Source: Amphiscolops sp. MND2022 (taxonomy: Eukaryota). Taken from it: 64,000 nucleotides of DNA. Position 1 is the stretch's first letter. Every line of letters begins with the position of its first letter. Shown in pieces: positions 43,901 through 58,800 of this stretch. Location of the stretch: positions 32,116,001-32,180,000 of the forward strand of contig OZ076419.1 of assembly GCA_964187785.1 (NCBI GenBank), in the 5' to 3' direction. A program made the position numbers and the translations under genes. The notes beneath the pieces are model-generated. The model was not told the DNA's origin. It worked only from the letters and a program-made list of their open reading frames with translations, and made no database searches.

Positions 43901-46900
43901 ATTATATTTATTCATCGCACGCGCTTCTGGTCCTTACATCGTCACTTTTCTTCATATTTGGCTATTTCGTTGTTGGGCGTCGGCACCTTAAGTTTGCATG
44001 CTTTTGATTTCATGTTTATCTAGCCCTTTTATGGCAGAGCGAGCGTTTCTAATTATACTTCGACTAAACATTTTTTGCCGCCAACGACAAGTAATTCAAC
44101 AATAGTTGTACAAAATTCACATTTCACTAATAATTCAAGTCACCCAAGATATTTCTAATGACCTTCGAAAGCAAGATTTACATGGTTTCTATGCGTAAGG
44201 ATACTGTTCTATCGTTCTGAGTGCGGTTCATCGCAAATCTTTTCGACCGGCTGAAATGCATAAATTATCTCAAAACGACGCTGATTTACAGGTTTTATTG
44301 TACGTTTTCCTATATCTTCATGGGTTTCTTCTGAATTGATCTGAGGTTCGTCCGTGAATTTGAAGTTATTTGTGCTCATCCAAAGTTTCTACTTGGCAAG
44401 TTATAACGTCCGAGGGTCAATGGTTCCCGAGTTACATGATATGCGTATCTTTTGTTTACCAATGCAGTTACCCCCTCTTGGGTTACAAGTACAGTTCCAA
44501 TCTCGCTAGCAATCGACTACCTTCATCACTCAGTTCGTTTGAGATATTACAGGCCAGTTTCATATCAGTTTGACAGTTTCATTTATCGGTCGTTCCCGCG
44601 CATCTGACCCCGTGTGCCTTAAAGAAACAAGCTTCATTGTGTGGACCGATTAATGTTTCTTTCATGTATATTACTTAGGGTTGGTAGATGAACATCATAG
44701 AAAAGTTTCAAAGTTTCATGATCCTCTGATCAGCTGATAACGATTTACATAATTTCGAAGGTTTGTTTACATAGCGTCCGTACTCCTCCTACACGTGTCG
44801 TATGGTTACAAAAACATACGCAGTTGACTTAATATCCTATGTGCTATCCATTCCATATGAAATAGGACTCATTCCATGCTTGGCCGACGCGTTCATACGT
44901 TCGTCGGTGGTTGATATAGATCACTTACGGTGCTAATAGCCCGGGACTGGGGGAGACGGCTCGGCTCCGTTTTTATGGCTGCGTAGCATGACAGCTCAGG
45001 TTTGCTTGTGCCAAATTTCAGGTCTCTACAATTGAGAGTTTCTGAGAAAAACAGTTTGGGGGTGGTTTAGGGATTTATGACGATTAGTTTTTCCAAGTGT
45101 ATCTTAGAATATTTTCGCTTAAAAGTGGGAATTAGAAAAATTCGCTCTCAGGGATTAACTTTGATTTAGCGGATTCGAATCATTTCATTGTTGACGTCAA
45201 ATCTACTTTGCATTCAAGTGGCGAGAAGTTTCGTCTATTTAAGTAAACAACAGGTTTGCCAAATGAACCTTCTTAAAACACACAGTTGTCAGCCTTTTCA
45301 GCTGATTTTACTGACTTACGAATCTCGGGAAGAAAAAAGAACAATCCTATTTTTAGTGTGAGCTGCGGGCAAAAATAATGGCAGTTCTGTATAAACGCCG
45401 AAAGCTAAAATTTTCACACTACAGCTATAATACAGTTCAGAGGGCATTTGTACTATGGTTCTCAAAAATAGTCCAGAATCACAAAATTATCCCAGAGACC
45501 CCCAAAGTAACCCAAGGACCAAAAACAACCCAGGGCTCCAAAAGTTATACCAGGCCTCCTAATTAACCCATGGTGTCGGTTGTTTTCCCTTAATCAAGAT
45601 TGTCACCACTAATATCATGAAAACTTTTACTACGAGAGTATCCCTGGTTTTGTCAACTAGCACCTAAACCAAAAATTTTTCAACATTCCATCTGGTGGCG
45701 ATGAATACACTCGTGGTTAGAAAGAATATTGTCGGTAAAACATTATTTCCGAAGGACGATTTCATTAAATTTTGTTTTGCCCTTTGTTTGAAATTGTGGC
45801 ATTATGAATAAAGAATGTGAAAAATAAAATTTATAGGATGTACACCTTCAATTTTTTTACTTTTGTTTTTTCAACTACGGGCGGCGAAACAGAAGAAGTG
45901 ACGTTTTATTGTACTCGGTACTCGTCAAAACGATTAGAGAGTAGTAGGAAAGCTAAAAATAGTAGTAAAGAAAATAAGCAGTCGATATAATGAAAAAGTC
46001 AACTGAAAAGTTAAATCACAAAACTCAGTAACAGCTAACGTATATCCTCTTAACTGCTCAATAGAAAAAAACCTGTAAAACTAATTTTGAATTCGACTTT
46101 GAAAAAATCCTGGAGACCAACAATTCGAGAATAGCTCAAAGTTGGCTGCCATACTGTAAAAGTGATGGAAAAACGGAAACTGCCATATTGGCCACCCTAT
46201 CCGTTTCCGTCGCGTTCGTGTCTGTCTTCAAAAAAGGAAAAGAATGTAATACTCGGGCGATTTTTTGAAATCCTAACCAAAAGCACCGATTACAAAGGGT
46301 CCTGATTGGCACCAGAAAAATGAAAGATGGCAATGTGAAGTTAGACGAGAATTTGAAGAAACGCCAACACGAATAACCCGTATAGTTAACCTCTCAAATC
46401 CCTTCTAAAAAGTGAAACATTGTTATACTTCTCCATTCAAATTTGTAATGCGAATATTGAGCCAGAATTTTTGGTGATCTCTTCGGCTACTGTTGATTGA
46501 AAAAACCCTGACGTGTTAAATGACAATTTTTGAAAAGAAATTTAAAAACTTACAATAGAAAAGATGTTACTCACACACTGCCCTGTCTATTCGCACTTTC
46601 GTCCCATTGCTGTCAGAAAGTATTGCTAATTATTGAAAACAGCTCCATTTATATCATTATTTTCATTTGCTCAGTTCTATGGGACGCTTTTCCTTGAACT
46701 GGGGTATTGAAATTTGCTCCTGTTATTTTGTTTTGCTTCTGGAATATTAAAATTGTCACAGGCTGCCCCCTTTGATGGCACAAGGATAACCACAACCGCA
46801 GAAGGTCAGGAGATAGCGCACGGAACCCTCCCCATTTATTAAAATACAAAACAAGGGAACTCTTATAGTCGATCAATTTTACTTGTTAAGTCATTTTGGA

Positions 46901-47829
46901 AACACTGCTGCTATAGTTATTTTATTGATCTGTTAACCGTTGATGTATAATCAAGTTAACTGTGACGTTATTGTAAAGATTGAAGAGTACAAAGATGAGA
47001 TGAATGCTTAGGCCGGCAGAAAGGAAACGTGTTCAAATGCGGAAACGTCTTTTCTCGGAGTTATTCTCAGCATTGCATACCAGTGTTAATTCAGCCAATC
47101 ACAGCGCAGTACTTTCAGCAATATTTTAGAGTGCTATTAATATGAGCTGATTACGGCCTATTGACTCAATAGAGCTGACCAATAAAGTAACACAAGTCAA
47201 ACTGCCGATTCCGGCCATCTAGATTTTTAATCTTTTACTAATAATGAAACAAGACTGTCTAAATAGTACTTAAGTTGCTTTCTTTTGTATGTTACAGTGA
47301 ATAAGGACCACCAAGTAATGATTTATTATTTGGAGATGCTATCTTTGATGTGCCGGTCCTTGAACCAAATGTGATAAGAGCTATGTTAATTTTCAGATAA
47401 TGTCCTATTTTGACCAATTCGACATTAAGGTCAGAGCATGAAATCGGTGCAATATTTAACCGGGTATGCATTTGTTAACGTGTCTAGATGATGTATTTTG
47501 CCTGAGCCCGATCAGGCTAAATTCCTAAAGTGCTTTGATGGAGTTGACTCCGCCAATAATATGCAGTATTAGTAGCGATCGTTCATCCTAATCTTGTGCC
47601 ATTTAGGGAATTTATCATCTGAAACAATACGATACTCTGTTTTGTAAAGCACAATTGGAATGTTATTTTCGTTTATACGACAAGGTAAAAAAGGTTATTG
47701 TCATCTTCTCAGGGGTATATATACCCATGCTTTCCTTGCGAGGGACTCATTTGGTTTAGTTCTACTACAATTCACACGCTTTAAAAATATCCAAACCTGA
47801 TTTCGTAATAAATTATTACAATCAGGACT

Positions 47830-48408
47830 TCTTTGTGCGTAGTACTAGAAAACAGAGGAAAGCTGGAAAGTCTAGATGAGCAGAGATGTTGTATGATATA
47901 AAAAATCTAGATATTATGTTGAGAAGTAATTATTTAGAAAGCGAAGAAAGCAAGTATAGTGACTCCTGACTCCAGTAAGAGGCCCGGCAGTCCAAGTTAC
48001 AACGCACCAGAAATCAACGAGGGAAATTGTTATCCTGATCCTAGGGAAAATATATCAAGTAACAGCGCCGATTATGGCCACTACTCAGCTGGTTCAAACT
48101 CTAGTGCTGAGTTCAATAAATTATCAGGCGAAGTCAATTTAAGAGAAATGGATGAAGTGATGAACAGTGTTAGTGTCCAAAACCAAAGGGCTATTAATGA
48201 TGCAATAAGCAATCAGGTTTTGCCCCAAATTCAGAATGCTCTTAGGGCCGGTTCAGGAAAGTTGGCACAGAAAGGATGGAACGCCTCGGTCGAGAGACCG
48301 GAACGTAATGCCGAAGATAACTCAAGCCAAAAAATTAGAAGTAGTTCTAGAAGTGAGCCTTTTCGTAGTCGTCCTTGCGATGAAGATGCTGATAGTGCTC
48401 ATGGGTAA
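47830..48408 (+). pseudogene. Degraded LTR-embedded Gag N-terminus remnant of another Gypsy family
   Basis: ORF 47959-48408 with a helical segment AINDAISNQVLPQIQNAL, ending ...DSAH like the element A junction HSD|MVTG; TATATA near 47715. Inferred by analogy. Confidence 0.45.
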
Positions 48409-51117
48409 AATTGTTCATCGAAACGATAGCTTAAACTTTTCAGCCGCGGCTTCAACCCAAGTTAGGCCCAGACAAACCAACTAAAGTTTTTTTTATCATT
48501 TTCCTTTCACATTGGGCTTTTCTGTGGGCAGCAATGGATAGAAAAACCGGAATCTTATCTGAAACGGTACCAAAAACTTCAAGCTTTCAAGCAGTTCAAC
48601 AGACAGAACCCTAAACCATTTAATTAACACAATTCCAACGAAACATGTAATCATTTAGTGTGAAATCATAAATATTTATACTGTGAAATGTGAACGAATT
48701 TCGTTGAATATTTTCAAGGAATCCATCTTTGCCGGACAATGTAACGCCAAAAGTCCAATTTTTATACAGAAAAAATGAAGCACGTGTTGGGAAGGATTCT
48801 ATTTTATTGAGTGTTTCGAATATTTTTTCGGATCTCAAACTTGTTGAGGGTTGTAATTTTTGATAAAATCAGAAACGTAAATTTGGTTACAAATGTAGCT
48901 TTCTTGTCAAAATTCGATACTCAGTTGACTAAGGAAAAATTGTATATCAAATTTTGACAAGAAAATACATTTTATGCTCCAAAGGTCTTTGTGACAAAAG
49001 CTTGAAAAAATTGATATAGAAGTGAAGTTGAAAAGTCAATTTAAAATGCTAACAAGTTTAATACCCGACCTATGTGGACATCTGACTTCTTGTGGAGAAA
49101 AATCGATTCCCTAATGCAAAATTCTCTAATGCTTCGTCTAGATTGCACTTTGAATAAAAGTGGTCAAACTGCCAGAATTCTTCAAGTTTTGACCTCTTCA
49201 AAAATTATCTTCAAATCTGGTTATGACTATGAATTTAACTATTAAACATTATATCTCATTTCCATGAACTTCAAAAAATCGACATTGTTCGCATCTGTTG
49301 AAGTTTTTTTGGAATTCACTCGCTGTTAGAACGCCCTTCTCTTCAAATGTTATTCGAAAGTTCGCAAGAAATGTTTGATGCTCGCAATCTTGGATGATTG
49401 ACCTTTAGAAACGCCCCCAGTGTCGGCGTAACCTTGAACTTTGGACCTTCAACTGAATCATCGGTCCCACCCCTCCCCTTGAAATGTCTATTATAACCTA
49501 CTTGATTGGTCTTACTGAATGCGGGTGTGACAATGACGTCACGCAATGCCGTATGCGGGGTGTCATATTTGGTATATATCTTTAATCTCTGTGTATGGGG
49601 ATATTCATCGAGTTATAACTAGATCAATTAAAACTAATAAGTACACCTCTTAACTCGCCGTACTTGAACTTTGCTAAATTCGCGACATTTCTTTGAGAAA
49701 AATGATCTCGACTAGTCTGATCTTCAAATGATTGCTTAATTGGTTGATGTTGAAGGTTGAGACATTTAATCTTGGGTTGATTGAAGATCTTAACATTTGA
49801 ACACCTCTTTCTGATCTCTGAGAGTGCAAGATGACTTTCAAAATTCTGAGTTTGTATGTACAGGTACGTTTGGTTCGAGGTCAAATAAATGCCAAAGCTC
49901 ACTTTGCTCGTACATGAGTAACATGAAGCTTTTGAAAAATAAAAGATGAAATAGTTTGGAAAATTAATTTGTGACATTTTGAAAACTTTTAAGGAAGAAA
50001 ATTGATGAAACAATTTCCTGGGAAGTTTTTTTAGCCTTCATTTAGTTTAACATCTCGTTACAGTAAATTTCTGATGAAATGTTCACTCAATTTCAATGTT
50101 TTTTTTCGGAATATGTTTTGAACGACTTTAACTTTACAACTGCTTTGGCGCTCTAAAAATTGTTTCATAAATCCATACCAAGAAGCAAAATTGAGGAACT
50201 ACACGTATTGGGTACCTGTATCATGAACTATCAGCGATTGGTACCTTAGAGTGATGATCACAAAAGTGATTGATTTACGAGATCAATTGAACCCTCACAG
50301 TTCATTTGGTCCTGTTAATTTGGAAATTTTGGAAGTTTGAATAACGAACAAACGTTTGAAAATCATGTATTGTTTTAGAATCATGTATTTTTGGACATCG
50401 CAGTAGACAATCGTCTTTGCCGCAACCCAATTCAATAAAGTCCAACTTGAGTAGTATACAACGATGTATTGACAAGATGAAAAAAAACAAGTTTGTGACA
50501 ATTGATTTTCGCCCATATTTCTATATGAAAAAAAAGGAGAAAACTGATTGGCAGCCGCGATTACTTTTTCCCCAAAATTTTTCATGTTCCAAATCAATAC
50601 TCAAACTAGTGGTTTTTCTACGGAAATCAATTGCGTAAAATAAAGTTCGAAGTAAAGGAATTTTTCCAGCTTTTCAAAATTGTTTGGAGGAATTGGCTAC
50701 ATAGAGTGTCCCCCAAAAATGAAAAAAATGTAACATATTTTCCATTTTTGAATAGTTTTCGGAATTTTTCGTACAAATTTTGAATTTTTCCAAAGATGGT
50801 TACGAAGAAACAAATAACCATACCACGCGCTTTTCAAAGAGCAATCTGATAACATTTGCCAGTAAGTACCTCGAAATGACCTCGAAGAAGCCAAAGTTTC
50901 TGAAAATATCCACGTTTTTGACCCTTTAGAAAATAACGTCACCTTTTAATATACGAGTTACAGAAATTTGGTGGAAAAGTCTAATCCGATATTTGACCTG
51001 GCACTTAGCATGCGACTGTTCCTTTCAGTGTTCCGACGAAATCGGCAGGTATTTGGAGAACAAGACGCCCGCTAAGCACCGGGATATTTTCCGCGACACT
51101 CTTATTGCGAAAAATTA

Positions 51118-51242
51118 TGGCGAAGGAGAGGATCGAACCCACGACCTACTGGCTGGGAAACACGAAAAAATTTCAAGCACCAGCCCAGGTTCGAACCCAC
51201 GACCTACTGGCTGGGAAAACAATAAGTGAAGTGCACTTCACT
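51118..51242 (-). repeat. Duplicated tRNA-3'-half-like sequence (SINE-like remnant) with an adjacent 18-bp palindrome
   Basis: Two copies of CCCAGCCAGTAGGTCGTGGGTTCGA (B-box-like); one ends in CCA; no A box or full cloverleaf. Confidence 0.35.
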
Positions 51243-52609
51243 CGATGGAGTGGAGATAAAGTGGAGTTTTGGCAGAATTTGTAGAAAAACGCGACACAGA
51301 TCATGATTTTCCTCCCCCATTTATGTGGGCGGAATTTAACAAAAGCAAACCGAACACAAAAAGAGAGCCCACGGACGCACAGAAACTGTGAAAACTTTTG
51401 AAAAGTCTTTTACAGGTGGTAACACCCAGTTTTTTAATTTTAGCATTGTGCTACCTTAAGTAGCCAAAACCGCAAGTAAAGTCTCTTTGATTAAAGATCT
51501 TGGAGCCCCAGCATGTAGTTGTGTACTCGGCCGTTTCAATGTCTGATTGTAAGTAATTTCGCCGTTTGTAACTGTATTTTCTTTCCAGTTCAAGGTCTAC
51601 TTTTTGCGATTTTAGACGTTCTTCTTATGTCACGCCGAAAATATAAATTTACCTATTTTTTGACATTGTTTCTATATAATAGCTGAACGGTGGTCTTCAG
51701 AGAGTCAGCGAGATGCATGTTACTATTAGCAATAAAAGACTGAGACCGGTTAGTAAGTATTCTGACGAAGCGGGACTCCACTCACGGCCTCGGGACATAT
51801 TTCACTATGGAGGCAAAATAGATTTGTGGCGATGGGCTCCTGTCCCCGGTGATACACCCATTCTGCAGCATTCTGCAGGTTCCTCCACCTCCGGTAATGT
51901 GTCAAGCGACCAATCACTGCTGGACGTTACAAAAATTGTGCAGATTTTAAATGTTTCCGGAATATAAACAACGATGAAATTTGTGGCTATTATTATTCAA
52001 ATAGTTCGAAAACAGTTTTTGCTAATTAGCATACTACTCCGAGAAAAAGTCAGTTTTCACTACTAAAAACACCTGCAAAGTCCAAAAAAGTGTCAAAAGG
52101 TTTTAATTTCGATTTCATTAGGCTACAATATTTGTACTCAGCCTATTATAGTGCGATAGGTAAAAGGCACCATCTAAAGAAAGCAGAACTGCTTTTTCAA
52201 TGTTCACATCGCGAACTTGTTCAACTGCGCTTTTTTATTCGTTCTTCTGCTCTATTGACTGTTTTGCGCAATAGTTTACAATTTTCGAAAGGTTTTGTGG
52301 GAATGAGTATCCACAGAGTTTAATCGTTAAACATTCAACCCCTTAGCATACCATTAAAAAGATATGATTGATAAATAAGTTAAGTTTAAAATTGATCAAA
52401 TAGTGTTTCGTTTGTCAATTACCGTTTTTTATATGAGTTTTGATGCCTTTGAAGGTATGCGTTTCCACAGTGTTCAACAACAAGTAAACTAGCAACTTAG
52501 CAACTTACTCCTATTCATAGAAATTTGCTGTGTGAAGCGTTTTCCCCAAAAATGGAATGAGACACCAAAAACTAAAACTTCGAGCATCAAGAAAATGTCG
52601 TAGTTAGCC

Positions 52610-52808
52610 TGTGGTAGAGCGCTACATTGTCACCTTCACTAATGTAAAAACAGTTGTGAGAAAATTATTAAGTACTAACAACCTGCCAAAATAGGCCAAA
52701 GTGGCAAAATCAGAAATATAGCTACATACACAAGAAACGTCATTCAAAACAGTTTACATCCCGTTACTGTTCTCACTTCATCGAGCTAGAATTTTTTGAG
52801 CTATTACA
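52610..52808 (+). repeat. 5' LTR of element C
   Basis: TGTGG...TTACA; matches 62743-62941. Confidence 0.93.
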
Positions 52809-55800
52809 TGGCGCTGCGAGCTGAAGAAGATAATTCGAATTCACCCCTTCCAGGTCTTAGTTACTTCTGGCAAGAGGTAGAAAAACCGCCAGGATACGAT
52901 TGGGAACAATGGGTCAAGCTTTTTGAGGTCGCTGTTCTAGCCAGGCATTCAATCTCAATGACCGAACTTCTGCGAAACGCTGATCAACAAAACGCGAGAA
53001 ATGCAGCCATGATGGGAAATTTGGACGAAATACCTGCAAAAAGAAAAAATAGTAAGTCTGATGTACATATCCATTGGAAAAACAAGAAGAAAGATGCTGA
53101 TGGATAAATTCCCGAACATCAACATTTTGCTAATCTAGTTAGGAAATTTAGTACAAAATTGCACGGAATGCTTCCAGACACGTAGAAAACGGATTTTGGA
53201 TCGACACATTCTTCTCTCGAGGAAACAAAAGTCGACGGAAACAGTGCATCAATTCTGGAACGCGCTGAATGGACTCGCTGCCCGATAGGATTTCGGAGAC
53301 CAAACAGAAGAGGGCTCGTACATGATATTTTCGTCCTCAACATGAATGATAAGCAAGTTCAAGCAAAGTTATGTACGGAGCCAAAAAATACTCCTGCCGA
53401 GGCATTACAATTTGCCATTGCCTTCGAAGACGGTCTAAAAAGACAGAAAATCTATGGTTACATTTGTCAAGAACCGAAAGTTAAAGACGAGCCCAACTGC
53501 GCAGTAAGCAGCAGCAACCAAGAGAATGTTGGAGATGTGGATCAGGGAATATCACTTTGGTTCATCTGAGCAAATGCAAAGCCCCAAAGGCCAAGTGCAA
53601 ATACTGCGGGAGAAAGGGACATCTTGAAAGAGTCTGCAACCAAAAGAAAAAGGATTCAAACCTGAAAGCTGGCAATAGTAGAGGAATTGGCAAAAGAGTA
53701 CAAAGAGTCGATCCAGGAGAAAGTGGCGAAGATGACGAAGAGGACTATACGGTGCTGAAAGTGGATTCAGACAAGGATAACTCCAAACACTACTACATGG
53801 AGGGATTTATAAACGGCAATAAATTCAAAGCCATGATAGACACCGGCTCCCCAGTAACCATCTTTGAACTGGAAAAAAAATAAAACAAATAATGAAACGA
53901 GAGACATTACAAGTTACAAGTACGCCCAATGATCGAAGCTGAACGATATGTTGACTTCAACGGAAAACCACTCAAATTATTGGGATATGTGTTTTGCGAA
54001 CTACAAGTTAACGAGAGTTTCGTAATGAAGGCCAAAATTTGCCTTGCAAGAAACGGAACGAAGTCGATCCTTGGTAAAGAGTGGCAATCAACACTGCGAT
54101 ATAAACTGGTCCCAGAAGGTGAGTTGAAGGTCACAGAAGGTCCCATTACATGGCGCTGCGAGCTGAAGCAGATAATTCGAATTCATTCCTTCCACGTCTT
54201 AGTTACTTCTGGCAACAGGTAGAAAAACCGCCATGATACGATTGGGAACAATGGGTCAAATTTTTTGATGTCGCTGTGCTAGCCAGGCATTCAATCTCAA
54301 TGAAAGAACTTCTGCGAGACGCTGATCAACAAATACCGATAAATGCTGCCATGATGGGAACTTTGGACGAAATACCTGCAAAAAGAAAAATAGTAAGTCT
54401 AATTTACATATCCATTGAAAAAACAGGAAGAAAGATGCTGATGAATAAATTTCCGAACATCAACATTTTGCTAATCGAAATACAAAATTTAGTACAAATT
54501 TGCACGGAATGCTTCCAGACACGTAGAAAACGGATTTAGGATCGACACATTTTTCTCTCGAGGAAACAAAAATCGACGGAAACGTTGCATCAATTCTGGA
54601 ACGCGCTGAATGGACTCGCTGCCCGGTGCGATTTCGGAGACCAAACAGAAGGACTCGTACATGATATTTTCGTCCTCAACATGAATAATAGGCAAATTCA
54701 AGCAAAGTTATGTACGGAGCCAAAAGAAACTCCTGCCGAGGCATTACAATTTGCCATTGCCTTCGAAGACGGTCTAAAAAGACAAAAATTCCATGATTAC
54801 ACTAGTCAAGAACCGAAAGTTAAAGACGAGCCCAACTGCGCAGTAAGCAGCAGCAACCAAGAGAATGTTGGAGATGTGGAGCAGGGAATATCACTTTGGA
54901 TCATCTGAGCAAATGCAAAGCACCAAAGGCCAAGTGCAATTACTGCGGGAGAAAGGGACATCTTGAAAGAGTCTGCAACCAAAAGAAAAAGGATTCTAAC
55001 CTGAAAGCTGGCAATAGTAGAGGAATTGGCAAAAGAGTACAAAGAGTCGATCCAGGAGAAAGTGGCGAAGATGACGAAGAGGACTATACGGTGCTGAAAG
55101 TGGATTCAGACAAGGATAACTCCAAACAATACTACATTGAGGGATTTATAAACGGCAATAAATTCAAAGCCATGATAGACACCGGCTCCCCAGTAACCAT
55201 CTTTGAACTGGAAAAAAATAAAACAAATAATGAAACGTGAGAAATTACAAGTTACAAGTACGCCCAATGATCGAAGCTGAAAGATATGTTGACTTCAACG
55301 GAAAACCACTCAAATTATTGGGATATGTGTTTTGCGAACTACAAGTGAACGAGAGTTTCGTAATGAAGGCCAAAATTCGCCTTGCAAAAAACGGAACGAA
55401 ATCGATCATTGGTAGAGAGTGGCTATGAACACTGCGATATAAACTGGTCCCAGAAGGTGAGTTGAAGGTCCCAGAAGGTCCCATTACATGGCGCTGCGAG
55501 CTGAAGCAGATAATTCGAATTCACCCCTTACACGTCTTAGTTACTTCTGGCAACAGGTAGAAAAACCGCCATGATACGATTGGCAACAATGGGTCAAGCT
55601 TTTTGAGGTCGCTTATCTAGCCAGGCATTCAATCTCAATGACCGAACATCTGCGAGACGCTGATCAACAAAACCCGAGAAATGCTGCCATGATGGAAAAT
55701 TTGGACGAAATACCTGCAAAAAGAAAACTAGTAAGTCTAATATACATATCAATTGAAAAAACAGGAAGAAAGATGCTGACGGATAGCTTTCCGAACATCA

Positions 55801-58800
55801 ATATTTTGCTAATCGAGTTACGAAATTTAGTACAAAATTGCACGGAATGCTTCCAGACACGTAGAAATCGGATTTAGGATCGACACATTTTTCTCTCGAG
55901 GAAACAAAAATCGACGGAAACGTTGCATCAATTCTGAAACGCGCTGAATGGACTCGCTGCCCGATACGATTTCGGAGACCAAACAGAAGAGGGCTCGTAC
56001 ATGATATTTTCGTCCTCAACATGAATAATAAGCAAGTTCAAGCAAAGTGATGTACGGAGTCAAAAGAAACTCCAGCCAAAGCATTACAATTTGCCGTTGC
56101 CTTCAAAGACGGTCTAAAAACACAGAAAATCTATGGTTACATTAGTCAAGAACCGAAAATTGAAGACGAGCCCAACTGCGCAGTAAGCAGCAGCAACCAA
56201 GAGAATGTTGGAGATGTGGTGCAGGGAATATCACTTTGGATCATCTGAGCAAATGCAAAGCCCCAAAGGCCAAGTGCAATTACTGCGGGAGAAAGGGACA
56301 TCTTGAAAGAGTCTGCAACCAGAAGAAAAAGGATTCTAACCTGAAAACCGGCAATAGTAGAGGAATTGGCAAAAGAGTACGAAGAGTCGATCCAGGAGAA
56401 AGTGGCGAAGATGACGAAGAGGACTATACGGTGCTGAAAGTGGATTCAGACAAGGATAACTCTAAACAATACTACATGGCGGGATCTATAAACGGCAATA
56501 AATTCAAAGCCATGATAGACACCGGCTCCCCAGTAACCATCTTTGAACTGGAAAAAATAAAACAAATAATGAAGGCCAAAATTCGCCTTGCAAAAAACGG
56601 AACGAAATCGATCATTGGTAGAGAGTGGCTATGAACACTGCGATATAAACTGGTCCCAGAAGGTGAGTTGAAGGTCCCAGAAGGTCCCATTACATGGCGC
56701 TGCGAGCTGAAGCAGATAATTCGAATTCACCCCTTCCACGTCTTAGTTACTTCTGGCAACAGGTAGAAAAACCGCCATGATACGATTGGCAACAATGGGT
56801 CAAGCTTTTTGAGGTCGCTTATATAGCCAGGCATTCAATCTCAATGACCGAACATCTGCGCGACGCTGATCAACAAAACCCGAGAAATGCTGCCATGATG
56901 GAAAATTTGGACAAAATACCTGCAAAAAGAAAACTTGTAAGTCTAATATACATATCCATTGAAAAAACAGGAAGAAAGATGCTGATGGATAACTTTCCGA
57001 ACATCAATATTTCGCCAATCGAGTTACCAAATTTAGTACAAAATTGCACGGATTGCTTCCAGACACGTAGAAATCGGATTTAGGATCGAGACATTTTTCT
57101 CTCGAGGAAACAAAAATCGACGGAAACGTTGCATCAATTCTGGAACGCGCTGAATGGACTCGCTGCCCCATACGATTTCGGAGACCAAACAGAAGAGGGC
57201 TCGTACATGATATTTTCGTCCTCAACATGAATAATAAGCAAGTTCAGGCAAAGTTATGTACGGAGCCAAAAGAAACTCCTGCCAAGGCATTACAATTTGC
57301 CATTGCCTTCGAAGACGGTCTAAAAAGACAGAAAGTCTATGGTTACATTAGTCAAGAACCGAAAGTTAAAGACGAGCCCAACTGCGCAGTAAGCAGCAGC
57401 AACCAAGAGAATGTTGGAGATGTGGAGCAGAGAATATCACTTTGGATCATCTGAGCAAATGCAAAGCCCCAAAGGCCAAGTGCAATTACTGCGGGAGAAA
57501 GGGACATCTTGAAAGAGTCTGCAACCAAAAGAAAAAGGATTCTAATCTGAAAGCCGGCAATAGTAGAGGAATTGGCAAAAGAGTACAAAGAGTCGATCCA
57601 GGAGAAAGTGGCGAAAATGACGAAGAGGACTATACGGTGCTGAAAGTGGATTCAGACAAGGATAACTCCAAACAATACTACATGGATGGATTTATAAACG
57701 GCAATAAATTCAAAGCCATGATAGACACCGGCTCCCCAGTAACCATCTTTGAACTGGAAAAAACAAAACAAATAATGAAACGAGAGAAATTACAAGTTAC
57801 AAGTACGCCCAATGATCGAAGCTGAAAGGTATGTTGACTTCAACGGAAAACCACTCAAATTAATGAAATATGTGTTTTGCGAACTACAAGTTAACGAGAG
57901 TTTCGTAATGAAGGCCAAAATTTGCCTTGCAAGAAACGGAACGAAGTCGATCATTGGTAAAGAGTGGCTATCAACACTGCGATATAAACTGGTCTCAGAA
58001 GGTGAGTTGAAGGTCGCAGAAGGTCCCAGTACATGGCGCTGCGAGTTGAAGAAGATAATTCGAATTCATCCCTTGCAGGTCTTAGTTACTTCTGGCAACA
58101 GGTGGAAAAACCGCCAGGATACGATTGGCAACAATGGGTCAAGCTTTTTGAGGTCGCTTATCTAGCCAGGCGTTCAATCTCAATGACCGAACATCTGCGA
58201 GACGCTGATCAACAAAACCCGAGAAATGCTGTCATGATGGAAAATTTGGACGGAATACCTGCAAAAAGAAAACTAGTAAGTCTAATGTACATATCCATTG
58301 GAAAAAGAGGAAGAAAATGCTGATGGATAAATTTCGAACATCAACATTTTTCTTATCGAGTTACGAAATTTAGTACAAAATTGCACGGAATGCTTCCAGA
58401 CACGTAAAAATCGAATTTAGGATCGACACATTTTTCTCTCGAGGAAACAATAATCGACGGACACGTTGCATCAATTCTGGAACGCGCTGAATGGACTCGC
58501 TGCCCGATACGATTTCGGAGACCAAACAGAAGAGGGCTCGTACATGATACTTTCGTCCTCAACATGAATGATAAGCAAGTTCAAGCAAAGTTATGTACGG
58601 AGCCAAAAGAAACTCCTGACGAGGCATTACAATTTGCCATTGCCTTCGAAGACGGTCTAAAAAGACAGAAAATCTATGGTTACATTAGTCAAGAACCGAA
58701 AGTTAAAGACGAGCCCAACTGCGCAGTAAGCAGCAGCGACCAAGAGAATGTTGGAGATGTGGAGCAGGGAATATCACTTTGGATCATCTGAGCAAATGCA

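Noticed and set aside
46136-46876. Possible host exons or Helitron fragment
   Set aside because: Short ORFs without convincing motifs or consistent splice sites.
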